Notes: generated by a model from the sequence alone, not told the origin. DNA of 63,992 bases, filler included, from Reticulomyxa filosa (GCA_000512085.1; 19 parts of 19 records of this genome joined end to end with filler, not necessarily neighbours in it); one strand, 5' to 3'; numbered from the whole stretch's first letter, positions 24,646 through 40,100 are shown. A program made the numbers and translations.

Positions 24646-26510
24646 CGATCAGCTTTCTCAGACATTATGAAATTTTCAAATTCCTTTTTATATATATATT
24701 TAAGATATATATAATATTATTATTTTCTTAAAATAAAATAAAAAAATAAAAAATATCACAAAACAGGTGATTTCGCATATCTCTTCCAAGAATCATTTAA
24801 TAATCTCCATACTTCTTCTGCAGCAGGATCAAATACATTACAAAGTTGAGTCAATTGAACTTGATCAATATTATTTTCATTTTGTGGATTTAATGTTTCC
24901 AAATAATCTAATATTCGATCACGAGTTTCTACATGAATTGCAGTAACATAAGATGCACTAACATTTTCGACATACGTACGACCTAATATTGATGCGTATT
25001 CCACATACGTTCGTCCAGATGCATCAATTTTTCCAAAATCTTCCATTTGAATAGCAAAGCCTGGAACATGGCTAAAGTATCTATTTTATTGTAACAGAAA
25101 AATATTTTTTATATTTCTTTTCAAAACAAAAAAAAAAAGCAAAACTGTGATTGTCGCAAAAAAGATTTTTTATATCGCATAACATCAGCCAAGAAAAATA
25201 CATTTTCTAATGACAATTCATGAATTAAATGTTCCAAGAAATAATTAACAGCTGTTCTATCATTTAATACTGTTCGAAGTGATGGAATTAATTTACCATT
25301 TTCAGTTTTTTGTTCTTCTTTTATTCCTAATTTTTCTAATTTTCTCTCCATTAATACAGGCAAATTAAACAATTGAGATTTGTCTAATAACCACCAAGTC
25401 GCAACGGAACCCATTGCCGTCATCGCTAATGCAGAAGCCTCGACTACAAAAAATATACAATAATCCCAGCCCATAGGCGATCCAAAGATAATCAATAAAC
25501 CCAATACACCAAAAAATGTTGCCAATATTCGAAATTCTAATAATAATTCTCCTATTTTTTTTTTGAGATTACGTTTTATATAGATATTTTGTTGCGTTTT
25601 TCCGATCTTTTAAAAAAAAAAAATACTTAACGTCGAATAAGCAATGATTCTTCCAAAGCAGTCACTTTTTTAGTCACGCCCATTATTACCAACATCAATA
25701 CCGCATATATAACTACCATTCCATAATAAAAAGTTTCAGGAGAAACGACGATCCAACCCCTTTTTTTTTTTTTTACATGTTTAAAATTACGTTTACGTAT
25801 ACTCAAAATCATTCATAAAAACAAAACAAACAAGTGTGTATAACTGCTAACATTAACATTATAAATAAATAAATAAATATGTATATGTATTTTTATGTTT
25901 GTTTATTTAAGCACGCACCAAATGGAGAGAGTCAAAACAATCACCAATGCGATAAAAAACTGAGTCAAATATTTTGGTGAGCCGTAATTGCCTTTGTTTG
26001 AAATAAACCGGTCATCCAATACCGCAATCGAACGGACCGGATCATTAGTTGGTTTGTTTCACGCAGCATATCTAACACCAACCCAACTGGCAGTAATTTG
26101 TTTGCAACAATCATGCAACTTGCTCCGATCACTGCAAATGAATAGCTTTGGAGATATAACAGATACTTTTTTTTTTTAAAAAAAAAACAGAAAAAAAGCT
26201 GATTGATACAGTGCACAAAGTCTTATTTAACAATAAATAACAACAAACATTTACTCAACGAGCATCGTCAAAGTGATCACCAAAATACACAAAATAAAAT
26301 TACCCAAAATCCATAAAGTATTTCCGGCAAATGCAAAATAACGAGTTCACTTCATCCAAGTTGCGTCGGTATGTAATAATGTACCAATATGCGTATTACA
26401 AATATGGCCCAACAAACTACGCCTCCTCCTTCAAGTATCCCTGCAAACACTAATGCCAAACCTGGTCCGTATCCGAGCTTTTTACCTTGCTCCGCACTGA
26501 CTACTTTCAT
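24646..26510 (-). CDS. Multi-pass TM (7TM-like) protein with C-terminal RGS domain, multi-exon, 3' truncated
   Basis: About 6-7 hydrophobic segments across exons, then LRTVLNDRTAVNYFLEHLIHELSLENVFFLADVMRYK, ILGRTYVENVSASYV and VFDPAAEEVWRLLNDSWKRY (RGS). Apparent frameshift(s) near 26340-26375. Confidence 0.8.
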
Positions 26511-27099
26511 AAACTTTTTTTTTTTTAAAAAAAGACAATGTTTTAGATTCCCTTTTTCAAACAAACAAACAAAAAATAACCACTTAACACTATATTTCAA
26601 AACAACACAAAACTATTTTTTNNNNNNNNNNNNNNNNNNNNNNNNNNNNNNNNNNNNNNNNNNNNTTAATTAATTAANNNNNNNNNNNNNNNNNNNNNNN
26701 NNNNNNNNNNNNNNNNNNNNNCAAATTGAGTTTTTCTAAATTTTAGATCATTGTCCGTCAACGTGAAATTAGTAATGCGCACGCAGAAAATGATGAAGCA
26801 AAAAAAAATAATACCAGATGACGAAAGACCTTTATTGCCGAACTGTTGTTAAGAGTGTTTTTTAGCTTACTTTGATATAATGGCTAATTTTTTTAAAAAG
26901 CATTGGCAATTTGCATTTATATGATTTCAGTCACACTTTTTTTAAAGAGCTTTAACACTTTAAATTTTACCTTCACAATAACAAAAACAATAAATAAGTT
27001 CAGCAAAATACTTTGCCTTTTTTTTATCTTCTTTTATAGTTTTAAAAGATGGAATCTCCAAAGTTTTAAAAAAATTTTAAAAAAGAAAATCTTATAATG

Positions 27100-28326
27100 T
27101 TACATCGTTTGAGAAATTAGTAAACCCAAGACCCTGGCAAAACGATAATCTCATTTTTATTGAATACGTCGTGTCCCATTCTAATAAATGTTCTTTTTCT
27201 TCACCAATTTCAATTGTGCATTGTCCAGGAATTTTCTTAAATGTTTCCCATCGTTCTAAATTTTTATTATGATTGAATTGTCATTTCCAATTCATAAAAA
27301 GATCTACCTTTTAATTCATTTTTAATACTTTCTATCGAATAACTCAAGGATACTATTGGATTAACATGACTTTTTGAATCTTTTATTTTTACATCACTAA
27401 AGTGATTTGCCCAGATTCGACAATAACAACATATTATTTGAGTAGTTGCTCAATCATTTGGACGAACTTTTCAACGTCTTTTTTGTTTGTAAATTGGACG
27501 TTCATATTTATTTTTCTTTCATTGCAATCGAAATCTAACGTACAATTATTATCATCTTGTAATTGTCTTAATTAGTTTTTTTTTTCATACATATCAGTAT
27601 ATGTATTGATACGTTTATTAATGTTATCAAGCCTAGTTTTTAACTCTTGTTCAATAGATTGAAACAAGAGTAATTTTTGTTCTAGTAACTCCCTTTTCTC
27701 CTTTTTATAATTTTCAATTTTGTAATAGGTATTGTTGACTTTTTTCAACAGATATAATAATGGATTTGCACGTATCTGTAATATTTTTTTTGCAAAGTTG
27801 TAAATATTCTCCAAATTAACTACTTCCAATTGCAAGTTTACAATCATTGTTGATATTTTTTTAATCTCTTCATATATTTTGTCCATTCTATTTTGATTAT
27901 TCGAATGCAATACAACTACTTGCGAAATTGCCGGAATTGTCTTTGGTTCAATTTTTGCTTGGTATCTTTAAATACTTGTGACTCCGGAATTTTTCGCAAC
28001 GCTTTTACTAAATCTAATTTACTGGTCACTTCGACCCTTTTTACTCTGCATAAATAGCTTTTTTTTTTGTAATTATTCAATGTGTTTTTTCATTTATTAT
28101 ATACACATATATATTCATAACTTCATGTCATGTTCACTCAAGTCCAAAAGATCGTTGACAGTAATGCCAAATTTTACAAATATTTTTGTAGTTTCATCAG
28201 CGTTTCGGATATCATGCTTACTGAAAAACATTTTCATCTTTGTGACTTCATCTTTAATTTTGCCTTTCAATGTTCTCATTGGTATCTCCTTCAAGAGTTT
28301 TTCTTGCATGGAATATTGTTTATTTT
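27100..28326 (-). pseudogene. SAM-like motif plus coiled coil, partly degenerate
   Basis: KIFVKFGITVNDLLDLSEHDMKL resembles a SAM helix pattern. ORF 27572-27910 is coiled-coil-like. Flanking frames contain stops. Confidence 0.35.
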
Positions 28327-28426
28327 NNNNNNNNNNNNNNNNNNNNNNNNNNNNNNNNNNNNNNNNNNNNTTAATTAATTAANNNNNNNNNNNNNNNNNN
28401 NNNNNNNNNNNNNNNNNNNNNNNNNN

Positions 28427-28465
<39 letters not shown>

Positions 28466-28487
28466 TGCTTTGTCTCAATTGGAATAG

Positions 28488-30308
28488 CGAATTAGCACTC
28501 GAAAATCTCTTATTTGTAAGTGAACTCATGCGTTTAGTAGTTTTGTTCTATTTCACTTGGCTGCTCTGTGCACTCGAATCTCCTTACAAGTGCCACACAT
28601 GTGTTTGCTTGAATAGAATACAAAGTGTGGATTCGTCAAAGAAATGACTTGTTGAGTGAATGAAATCATTCATTTGAAATTCTGTTTGTCTCTTTCAAAC
28701 TGTGTTTTCCAAACAAATAAAGAGTTTTTTTGTCATTGCAAAAAAAAAAAAAAAAAAAAAAAAAACCAATACACGGCAGTGCGGACAATGTCTACGGCCT
28801 TGCACCACAGCCACTACTGCAGTCCTCGTACGACGAGGCCTCAGAAATGGATGATGCGGAAATGTTGGACGGGGTCCTTGGACAAAACCAAGAAAAAGAA
28901 CACTCAATCGAACTGAAGATAGTGCTTCCCACCGCCCAATCCAACGAAAAGTCGATGCATCAGGCGGCCTACAGCTCTCAGATATACTCGCAATCCAACT
29001 CGGATCCAATAAACGAAGACGAAAAGGATCCAAAGATAAAAGTGCAGAGTCCAAGTGCAAAGCTGCAGTCCAATGAGACACAAGCAAACAACCCAGAGGC
29101 ATTGGACATGATGCACGAGACGAGTCCCACTGCCGACATGCAAGACGTTATTCCCGTCACAAAACACAACGAATACGAAGTTAAATCATCAGGTCAGTCC
29201 AATGAGTCTATTCATTTTTTTTATTCTTTTGTGTCCGTGAATCATGATATCGAGATATGTGTTCACATGTTACGTATAAATCACATAAGATAAATTGGCA
29301 TCGCCTCTACCAAAGCAACAGAGTCTGAATTGGAGTATAACTGGCAGTCTTCGTAGCAATGTACATGATATCATCGAGCTGCCGCCGGATATTCCGCAAT
29401 CCCAAATTATTGTAAATAGCGAAAATGACACAGAGAAATGTGCGTTTGAATTATACCAAAAGTACATCGATCCTCGTGCAAACAATCAAATCAATATCAG
29501 TGGGAGGACTCGTCGTGAGCTGATGGAGCACTTTGAAAAATACAAAGCAAATAGTATTGATCGAAAGAATAAATCATTTGTGGCCAACAAAGACGCAAAC
29601 GTTAACTCCAATGCAAATGCAAATGCAAATGCAAATGCAAATGCAAATACAAATGCAAATGGCAATACCAATTCTGCTGAACACAATCCTGGGCTGTTCT
29701 CTATTACCAAGTCATCAAAACACACTGTGTCTCCTAAAATGGGGGTCAACGAACACACCTCGGCTCAGATCATTCCCTCTGGCGTTATCGCTCAAGAGAT
29801 TGGTCTGCAAACAGATGCCAGCGACAAAGTCATGTCATCTAACAATCCTGCGATCGAGTGGCTGTTATATGGCATATTCGATCATGCCAAAGACGATATC
29901 ATGCAGCTGCTGAGAGACTCTTTTCGAAGATTCACCATTACCACAGTTTTTCTTTATTTCTTCTTTTTCAAACTAACATCCTTTCCTTTCCTTTCTTTTC
30001 TTCTTTCTTCAAAGCAATATTCAAACTTATGTCGAGAACGAGCGAGACAGCGACGTAATAGCCATCGAGCGCAGCGTGTTGAAAAGTCCATGGCATCCAT
30101 CAAGGATTTATTAAAAAGAGCATCTTCCAAATCTTTTGGATTGGCACGCAACTCTCTTAAATTGGATGCAAATAATGTCACTACTGAGCATCTCAAAAGT
30201 AGTCAAAATACCAAAATCAAACTAACTGCTGACAATCAAGCAATGGCGTCTCCACGTTCGGTATCGCTTCAATCAAGTGGCGCAGGTCCAAGTGACCTTA
30301 TTATTTGA
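28488..30308 (+). CDS. RGS-domain protein (5' truncated) with long low-complexity insertions
   Basis: ELALENLLFVSELM, CAFELYQKYIDPRANNQINISGRTRREL and IFDHAKDDIMQLLRDSFRRF are RGS motifs spread over several exons. Confidence 0.85.
29608..29660 (+). repeat. (AATGCA)n coding microsatellite (Asn-Ala repeat)
   Basis: Seen directly; encodes NANANANANAN inside the RGS gene. Confidence 0.9.
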
Positions 30309-30727
30309 ACTCCTCTTTTTTTTCTCCTCTCTTCCTCTCCTGTGAATGATTATCAAGGCAATTATATATATTTTTATTTTTTTAAAATGTTGCCGTGTAA
30401 ACATATTGTCAAAACAAAAGTGGACTATAAAAAAACCAATTGTATGTGCTTGATTTCTCCAGTGCTGTAAAATGAAATGGTTACGAAGAAAATGTTTTTT
30501 TCAATAATAAAACTCTTGGAGCATTTTTGCTTTGATATTTGCTTACCTCATTCACCAAAAGTAGATTTGAACATAATAAGGTAAATGTGACCATTTGGTA
30601 ATAATATTGAACCTGTAAAACTTTTGGAGCCTGAATATTCACAAGTCTCAACAATTTGGAACGGGGAAAAAAGAAAATAACTGAATTTTCTTTATGTTGC
30701 ATTTTTGACCGATTTGAAGTTAAATAA

Positions 30728-31519
<792 letters not shown>

Positions 31520-31738
31520 AAAAGCAAAGATGTTTTTTAGATTTGGTTTTTTTATTCTTTTGTTTTTACAATGAGCCGAAGAGACTAATTAATGATAGTT
31601 GTTTGTGATTGGGTGCGAAACGAATACCACAACGCTACATTTCGCTTTGATATATGACCTCACACGTTTTTTGGCAAACTTAAAAAACAGAAATCGAAAA
31701 ACCACAAAAAACCGCCGAAGCAAAAGCTGTGGAATGGA

Positions 31739-34273
31739 ATGACGAGTTTGCCTGCGATTATTTCGGTGGAGGAATTGAGCGAATGCTATCCGACCAACAG
31801 CGACAAAGCACTTGAAGAAACAACGGGCAGTGACACGACGACGAAACTACACAAAATTGAAACAGAAATTGCTGACACTACGCCGCTGGCTGTTGTGTGT
31901 AACGCTTCCGATGGGTCAGCCCTGTCATTCAAAGTGAACTGTACGAGCTCGTTTCCATTGTCGGGGAATAGTGTCATTGATTCAGTTGTGTGTCGTAATA
32001 TGTATATGAATATATGTATATGATGTATTTTTCTGCATATCTGTTGCGACACATACGGCCTTTGTGTGGACGGGATCAGGAATCAAAGGCCTGCTCTTCG
32101 AAAAATGGCACCGAGAACGACGAACATACTTTGAAAGAGAAGGTGAAAAAGCCAACAAAGCGCAGACGAAAAAGTATAAAAAGAGAGAAAAGCGACACAG
32201 ATGAATGGAACAGTGAAACGAAGCCGAGAAAGAAAAGACGTAAATGCGTCGATGATCCAAGTCCATCTCCAACAAACAAAGGATCGGAAACAGTTTCATT
32301 TCGTCGTGACGATACCAAAAGCCCGTTTCGTTGTCAATGTATATTTGAAATGGGATTTTGTGTGGACAAATTTCAAATAAAATACAAAACACAAATAGTG
32401 TGTTCCCCATTTCACAAGTGCTGGCACTTTCGCAACAAACCGAAAAAAGTGATGAGAAAAATCTCGGCCTTTGCGATTCGGCTGTGTGCATCGATGATCA
32501 AGTCTTTGCTTGTGCCGCGCCGCAATGTGGAAACACGTTCACTACGGAGGTCAAGCTGAAAGAGCATTGCGAGCTGGAACATCCAACTGTTTCGTCTTTG
32601 TATATTTTGCTTTCAAAGTGTTTGTAACGATTGATCGTGCGTCTCATGAATGTGATGGACATTAGGGTGCTTACGAATGTCCCCATTGCAAAAAGTGTTT
32701 CAAAAAACATGCCACGGCGCTTACCCACTTGAAACAAGCGCATGACGCTGACGAAAATTATCTCCCTGGAAAACCATTCTTAGACTTGAATCGTGTTGCT
32801 GTTGTATGCTTTTTTGTATTTTCTTCTTCGTTTTCTCTTTCTCTCTCTTCTCATATTTTCCTCTTTCGAACAACGTCTCTTTGTATGCAATAGATACGCT
32901 CCTCACTTGATTCAATCGGACACAGGACAACACCGTTTGTCGTTGACGTCAAATTCAAGCTGCCTTCGGTATTCATTTCGCTTTTGATATTGACAAAACA
33001 AAAAATGCGTAAGCACACAAAATTTGTTTAATAGTATCGTGTCTCTTTATTTTTTCCAAAAAATAGCCGTGTGCTCCTCTTCCTCCAGATGACTCGCCAA
33101 AATTGACGAAAATACACAACGGACAAAGTGGTGGCAATTGCCGTAAGAAACCTCGGCGTATAAATGAGAAAAAACAAGAACAGGAAGAAGGAAAGGAAAA
33201 AGAAAAGACGAAACAGCAGCAGAATGCGTTAGAAAAACAAGACAAAAATGACACAGTAAAGAAAGAGTGCAAAAATGAAAATGAAATCCCACCGCCGATT
33301 TTTGATTTAACGCCAACAAGACCATCACTTTCGGAAGGTTTTATTCCATTGGAAGAATTACAAACTCAACTGTTGTTATTTCCAACCAACAATGAAACTA
33401 AGAATACTATTTCTCCGTCTGCTTTATTTCCTAAAGCCGGCACTTTACCATTGCAAAACAATAATTTCTCTGCGGTGTTAGAAACGATGATGTTCGAAAC
33501 ACCTGCCAATAACAAACCGCTTGTGGCTTATATTCCAAGTTGTTTGACCCCGCAGACGAGTGTAGGTATGTTGTGAAATATACGAAAGGTCGTAACATTG
33601 CATATCCTGCTTTCCAACTTACACAATAAAAAACCCTGCTCGGATCATAGGTAGTCCAATCGATGCCCGATTTTATTGTACTTTGTTAACAAACTCTATG
33701 CCATTACCAATTTCTGGTCAAAGCACAGCCATCGCAACAGGTAATTACAATACTCCTTCCGATGGACTATTAAGTGATTCGACTCACGTCAGTGATCCAA
33801 TCAAAACTCCATATGAAAATTTCAACAATATATCTGGTGAAAATAGCACTGTTTCTAACCTTTTGGGTGGACGTGAAATGTGTCGTCTGACGACTGTTGG
33901 TTGTATTGACGAGATGAATATCAATTATAACAAAAAAACAAAAAGACGTCATTCACAACAATCGGCGTACACAGCAAATGTCCCAACTCAGTGTCGTTTT
34001 TGCAATATCACAGAGATACAAGGTGGAGGACCATTATTATTGTGTGGTGGTTGCAACATTGTGTTCTACTGTTCCAAAGTTTTGTTTTATATTCGACGTA
34101 TTAGAGATAATTTTCATATTGTAAATTGTGGTGGTTGTGGCGGGTAGGAGCATCAAAAATTGGACTATAAATCTCATAAAGTAATGTGCAAACAAGTAAG
34201 AAAGATTAAAGAGTCTCAAAACAATTTGCAACAACAAATGGAAAAACTGGTTCAAAACTCATATCGAGAGTGA
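31739..34273 (+). CDS. Multi-exon protein with two C2H2 fingers and a C-terminal MYND zinc finger
   Basis: FACAAPQCGNTFTTEVKLKEHCELEH; YECPHCKKCFKKHATALTHLKQAH; CRFC...LLLCGGCNIVFYCSK|EHQKLDYKSHKVMC (MYND, split by an intron). Basic NLS-like stretches. Stop TGA 34271-34273. Confidence 0.8.
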
Positions 34274-35185
34274 ATTCTGTAATGTGGTTTGATATTCATT
34301 AAATTTTTGTCATCAACACAATTTGGGTTGATCAAGGATTTAAAAACATAAAGGTTTCTTTTATATATAAAAGAGAACAGCTTTCAATTAACATTTTCTC
34401 ACAGCCTTTTGTTTTTTCGCTTCCAATATGAAAAGGAATGCATGCTGTCGTCTATTATACAATAGAATTTTAGATCACATCTGAAAATATTTCGAAACGT
34501 CTCCAGTTATATTCACAAGAAAAATATTTGCTTTTTATTAAAACGTGCCTTGACCGTGACAAGATAGAATACATCGAATTAAATGTTACTTTATACAGAT
34601 GATCGATTTTCTTTATGAAAAATGAACATTTAATCCAATGTTTTAAGCCTTTTGATTTGAGATCTTTTTTTAAATTCTCTTTAAAATGTTTCATTTTGCA
34701 TTTATGATTTTTTTTCTTAAAACTCTTTCCTAATTTAATTTTTTTGTATAATTATGTTATAATATAGTATCTTCAGAAAAATGGCACATATTATGCTATT
34801 TTATGAGCATAATCGATTTTCTCCGTGAAAAACAAACATTTCCCTTAATTTTTTTAAGCAATATCTTCTCATATATGAATTTGTTTTTACATACACAATC
34901 TTTTCAAAAAATTGTTTTAGTACAAAACATTTAAGAAGTAGTAGAACAAAAAGAAATCATTCAATTAAAAACAAAATAACAAGCAAACTGTCGTGTATGT
35001 AGTGCTCAAATCGGGCAAAGATATAACCAAAACATATGAAAAGATTGAATTACAACAAAAGAGAGAAAAATTCAAAACTAAGATATTAATTCCAATTAAA
35101 GAAAATTGAAATGTATGCAGCTTGGAAAAACGGAATTTTATTTCAAATACTGTTTATCTATCTTAGAAAGACAAGATCACAAGAT

Positions 35186-36594
35186 TTATGCAATTGGGTC
35201 GATGTCATCAGTGTCAGCGTCGGCACCAGGAACTTTCTTATCATCACACAAAGCATCTTTTTTTTTCTTGTTGGCTTTGTTTCCATTCATCCAATCTCTT
35301 TCTGTATTTTTCATAAACAGGATTCGTCTTCATTCTTTGCATGTGAATATCGCTACATTTTAAATTTTCACAAAGGTTTCGAACCGATACGATAAAATAG
35401 TATCCAAATGTACGTGTAACCCAATTGATTAAATTCTGAGGAATCGCACTACGAAAATCAACATTAAACACTGAGGTAATTTCGATACAATCCTTACCGG
35501 ACTTGGATGATGCGAGCTCGACTGGTGCGATCATCCCATATCCGAGTTTGAGATCTTTTATTAATTATTATTGTGTATGGAGGTCATTAGTAAAGTGACG
35601 TACATTTGTAGTGTATACTTTAGGTTGACGTTCGAGAGTGAGCCAACCAATATTCTAACAAAATGTATTTTTGTACCTATTCTCGCGGTGCTGTTATCGG
35701 CCTTTGGCAATTGAAAGCCAAGCTGCTCCGCATCTGCGTCCGAATTGACAGATTCTCCACTTAAGACAATTGCCCCAAAGCGATCCAAGCAGTCATAGGC
35801 GAATACTTTGGCAACACAGTCCCTATTGGTCAACGGCCAACACAAGTTAATTTTACAATAGCACACCTTGTTCACATCGCTAATCTCTTTCAAATACCGC
35901 GTTTCGATTGTCGCTGCCGGAATTGACATTATGTTTTGAACTAAATCAAACTCATTAATGGTTGCTACAAATGACAACACATCGCATTGACAACGAAACC
36001 TTGTCTTGAATGTGTGAACTGGTGTGTTTTCTTCCTTTCGGTAATACACCGATATACCCTTCATTGCCCCCCCCCCCCATCATTACCGACATACACAATA
36101 TATCAATGCTTTTTTTTCTAATTCAATGGATTGTGGTGACCGTATTTCTCTCCCTTTTTTTTTTTTTTGAAATAACTTTGTGGTTGTCCACTTGGGTTGT
36201 CCAGCCCTTATGAGAGATCAATTCGGAATACGCTTTTTGCGCAGTTTTAGCGCCTATTGCCATTTTCTCGATAAATTCCTTGTTTTGAATATATTCAATG
36301 TCATCAGTAGCTAATTCTCCTTTGGTTATTTTCTCTTCGATTATCTCATGTATTTGCAGTGCCAAGCCTTCATCGCGTGCTAATCGCTCCCATTCCTTCC
36401 AGTTTAGTTCACTCTTAATCTTTGTTACTTCCGTTTTTTCTTCTTTTTGCTCATTTGTAGTGCAGATCTTTTTTTTTGTTTTTGTGATCTGATGTTTTGG
36501 AAAGAGTCTTTGTTGAGAGAAGGAAGTGTACCGATGAAAGACTTGTCGATATTTTTGTCAAATGTTCTTCTTTTTCCAAAAGTATGCTTTCCAT
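35186..36594 (-). CDS. START (lipid-binding) domain protein, multi-exon
   Basis: GWTTQ|GISVYYR, INEFDL, CWPLTNRDCV, AIVLSGESV, NVDFRSAIPQNLINWV. Homopolymer indels near 36470 and 35260. Confidence 0.85.
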
Positions 36595-37183
36595 TTTTCC
36601 TTGAAAGAGATCAATTCCAATATATATTCGAAAGTAAAGGGAAGAGAAGAGTTTTCTCAGAGCCAGAAAAAACGTAGACGTACACCTTGTTATGGACAAT
36701 CTTTTGTGTCGTTATTTGTTTGAACTTTCTGTCAGCTAAGCCGTATTTTATTTTTTGTCAACTTTTGGAAATACTGAAATAAATAGTCGCTTCCCTTACC
36801 TAAATAAAAACGGATCCAATTAATTTAGCAAAAAACTGGGATAATTTTTCTTTTGCACATTTTCATCAAATCCTCTCAATAGTCAAACATTACAACATCA
36901 ATATCAGACAGTTAAGGATATAATTTGGATTCATTTCTGTTGCATTCTGGCATTCTTGATAACAGAGGTGTAATCAGAATAAGAATATAAAACTACTACT
37001 AAAGTGACGTTACCATCTGCAAAGAATTCGCAAAAAAGCTCCCGCAAGGCATACCTATTAACTCTAAAAGAAACAGTTTGAGTACTCTAGACAAATACGT
37101 GTGGATTTGTGTTGATTGTGATGATATTGTAAAGTGTTGTAAGCAGCAAAGCACAAAGTGTGAAGAACACAAATAAACAAAAG

Positions 37184-40100
37184 ACAAACCCATGGAGTAA
37201 TACATTTATAATTCCATTGGAAGAGGGGTATGTGAATTCACCATATCCAGACAGATCATTTCGATTGAGACATCCGTGCATCACAGTGAAAGACTATAAA
37301 CGACCTAGCATTTGTGCCGGTTTGGAATGGTATGAAAGTTGTGTAGTCACACACTTTTTCTTTGTTGTTATATGTGTCCCAAAGGCTACAACTGCGAATG
37401 ACAAATGATAATGTCAGTGTTACAACATCAGTGTGAATATCAATACGTATTATTATTATTATTATTATTAATATTAATATTAATGTCAATGTCAATGTCA
37501 ATGTTTAATGTCAATGTTTAATGACAATGACAATTGACAACAATAAAAAAGCCAAGCAAAATGAATGATACATATTCACAAATACACATAACAGGGAATT
37601 ATATTTCTATCCAAACTGTGGACAGGATGACCCGCATCCGGGGTTGACTGTGTTGCCAGTTCGTTCACGTTTGGAAGAAGACTTGCCAGAAAACTATCGA
37701 ATTCGTAGTGTTGTGACAATACGAGTGGTGGCCAAAGACGCGAAGCATGATTCGCTAATTACGACGCGTCCACACAGCTTCGAGCGAGAGATCCTCCACA
37801 TCCCCATCTGCGTATCCGAAGACATTGAGGCCTTGAAACAGCTGAGCACACAAGCGGGGTATGGCGATATGAAAGGCAAGTTCCTTCAGTCGCGTAACGG
37901 CGATGACAAGCGCAAATATCATGTGCCCGGACGTCGAGGGTTCGACGTGTACATGGAGCCATTGCCGTTTACCATTGAGTACTTGAAAAGAGGACAATAC
38001 ATTACATATCAATTCGAAAAGCCAGTGCTGCGTTTGTATGTTAAGATTCGGTGCGTTTTCGTGCGAAACAAGGCCATCATCGGCAGATACTTTGGCTTAA
38101 TGGGCGCCTTATTAGTTTTGACCATTTATTTATTTATTTTTTTTTTTTGTACATGAGATGCTTCATACAAATTATTATGCGTTTATAATCACGTGACATT
38201 GACAATACAAATGCATGTTTGATCTATTCTGTTTTCTCGTCAACATTGATATTTAGATGGAAGAAGAAAAAGAGAGAGATCGCTTGGAAGAGGCATCGGC
38301 AAATGCAGGCAATCACACACAAGTGTCGAACCAGTCTTACGCGACCGGTGCAAATCAAAGACAATGGAGTGATACGACTGCTGCAAATGAAAAACAATGG
38401 GTCGATGTGACTGATGCAAGCGGAAGACAATGGATCGACAACGTGGAGGCGTTGGAAAACGAGCGTCGTCAGTACTTGGACGAAGTCAAAAGACTCAATC
38501 GACAATTGCTCGAAATGCAAGAAAAACATTTGCGACAATTTTATCAATGGAATCATACCGTTTTGCAAAATGACAAGGAATTTCGTCTGTGTTTGGATCG
38601 AGAAACCCAAGCCAAAGAAGTCCTCGTTTTGTAGATATATACATATACATATATATGTATATTTATTTTATTTTTTATTTTTATTTTTATTTTTATTTTT
38701 ATTTTTATTGTGTTTCATTTGTATTCTTTTGGTGTCCTTGGATGAATGCCATAGCGTCAACAATACGTGCAAAGTGAAGCTAATACAAAAGAATTGGAAT
38801 CAATTTTGAGTGAACTTTACCAAAAGGGTGTGATGAATGCACTTAATACGTTGAATCCCCCATCTGCACAAGAGAGTGTTGTGTCCTCACAAGCACATCT
38901 GCAGCCACAATCGGCGTCAGAGCATAAACAGCCGTTAGCCATAAACAGTACACGTGATGTGTTGTTTTCTCCTTCTCCGCTTGGTCCAGACGCACTTATT
39001 GGAACAAAGTCCGTTCTCCCCGCAACAGGGCCATTGCAAACTGAATTCAATGTGACAAGTGATCACAAGTCTTCCTCAAACATCTCGAAGACAACAATAG
39101 CTGCGCCCAGTCAAATTTCTTTCGGTTTGAACATACAAATACAATTTAAAAAAAGGGGGTGAGAGTCTGTCATAAATGGTTGGTTTTTTTTTTTTTTTTT
39201 TTTTGTGATGGTTATATCTTCATCTGTGCAAACTATAGAAACGGATGAAAAGAGCACTTTGGAAATTCTCTATCACAATGATCGCTCTGTGGAGGGGTTT
39301 GTTGCGATGAATAATAAATGGACCACTTGTGGTGATGGGACATTGCTATTGCTTTTGGACAAACCAATTTTGAAGTATCGGCTGACATTCGAAGAGCGCA
39401 ACACTCGACAGTGCTTAATTAACACTTATGTGCAATTGCACAACATTACCATCAATGTTTCCAAAGAAATTCAATGGCTTTCCGAAGATGGTTATTACTA
39501 TCGAATCCAGTTCTCTTCCGTCGAAGGTTTGTTTTCCAGTCGCTGTCTATTCTTTCTGCTTATTATTTATTTATTCTTATTTTTTATTTTGTATTTATTT
39601 TTTTTTTGCAATGTATACGATTTCCATACACACATATTATGAAGACTGGCAACGTCTGGCTAATGTATTGGAAAGCATTCGAAACAAGGCTATCACCCAA
39701 TCTAACTCAAGTCAAGCTGACGATGACACGGAAGAGAATTCGAACAATCAATCAAAAGAAGACAACAAAACCGAACCGATTGAAGATGACCAGACCCAAG
39801 ATGAAAGAGATGATCAAACTGAAGAGACTCAACCAAATAATGCTCAACATGGCTTTGGTGATAATAGTGGCTTGTGGCCTTTTAGCAATGTTACATTTTT
39901 CGTTTGTTTGATCTTTTTGCAATGGAATATACTTCATTAAACAAACACGTTTTTGTATTTGCGTGTGTATTCTTCAATACAGACGGATGACACTCATAAG
40001 ACAGGCCAAGATGATTGGGGATCTGGAGCACAGCTTTTTTTTGACTTTGGAAAGTTAGCAAATGATTGGACTGACACAAGCAAGGCCAAAGAGGCACAGA

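Noticed and set aside
24646-30308. Two RGS genes as a physical cluster
   Set aside because: They are on different contigs separated by spacers.
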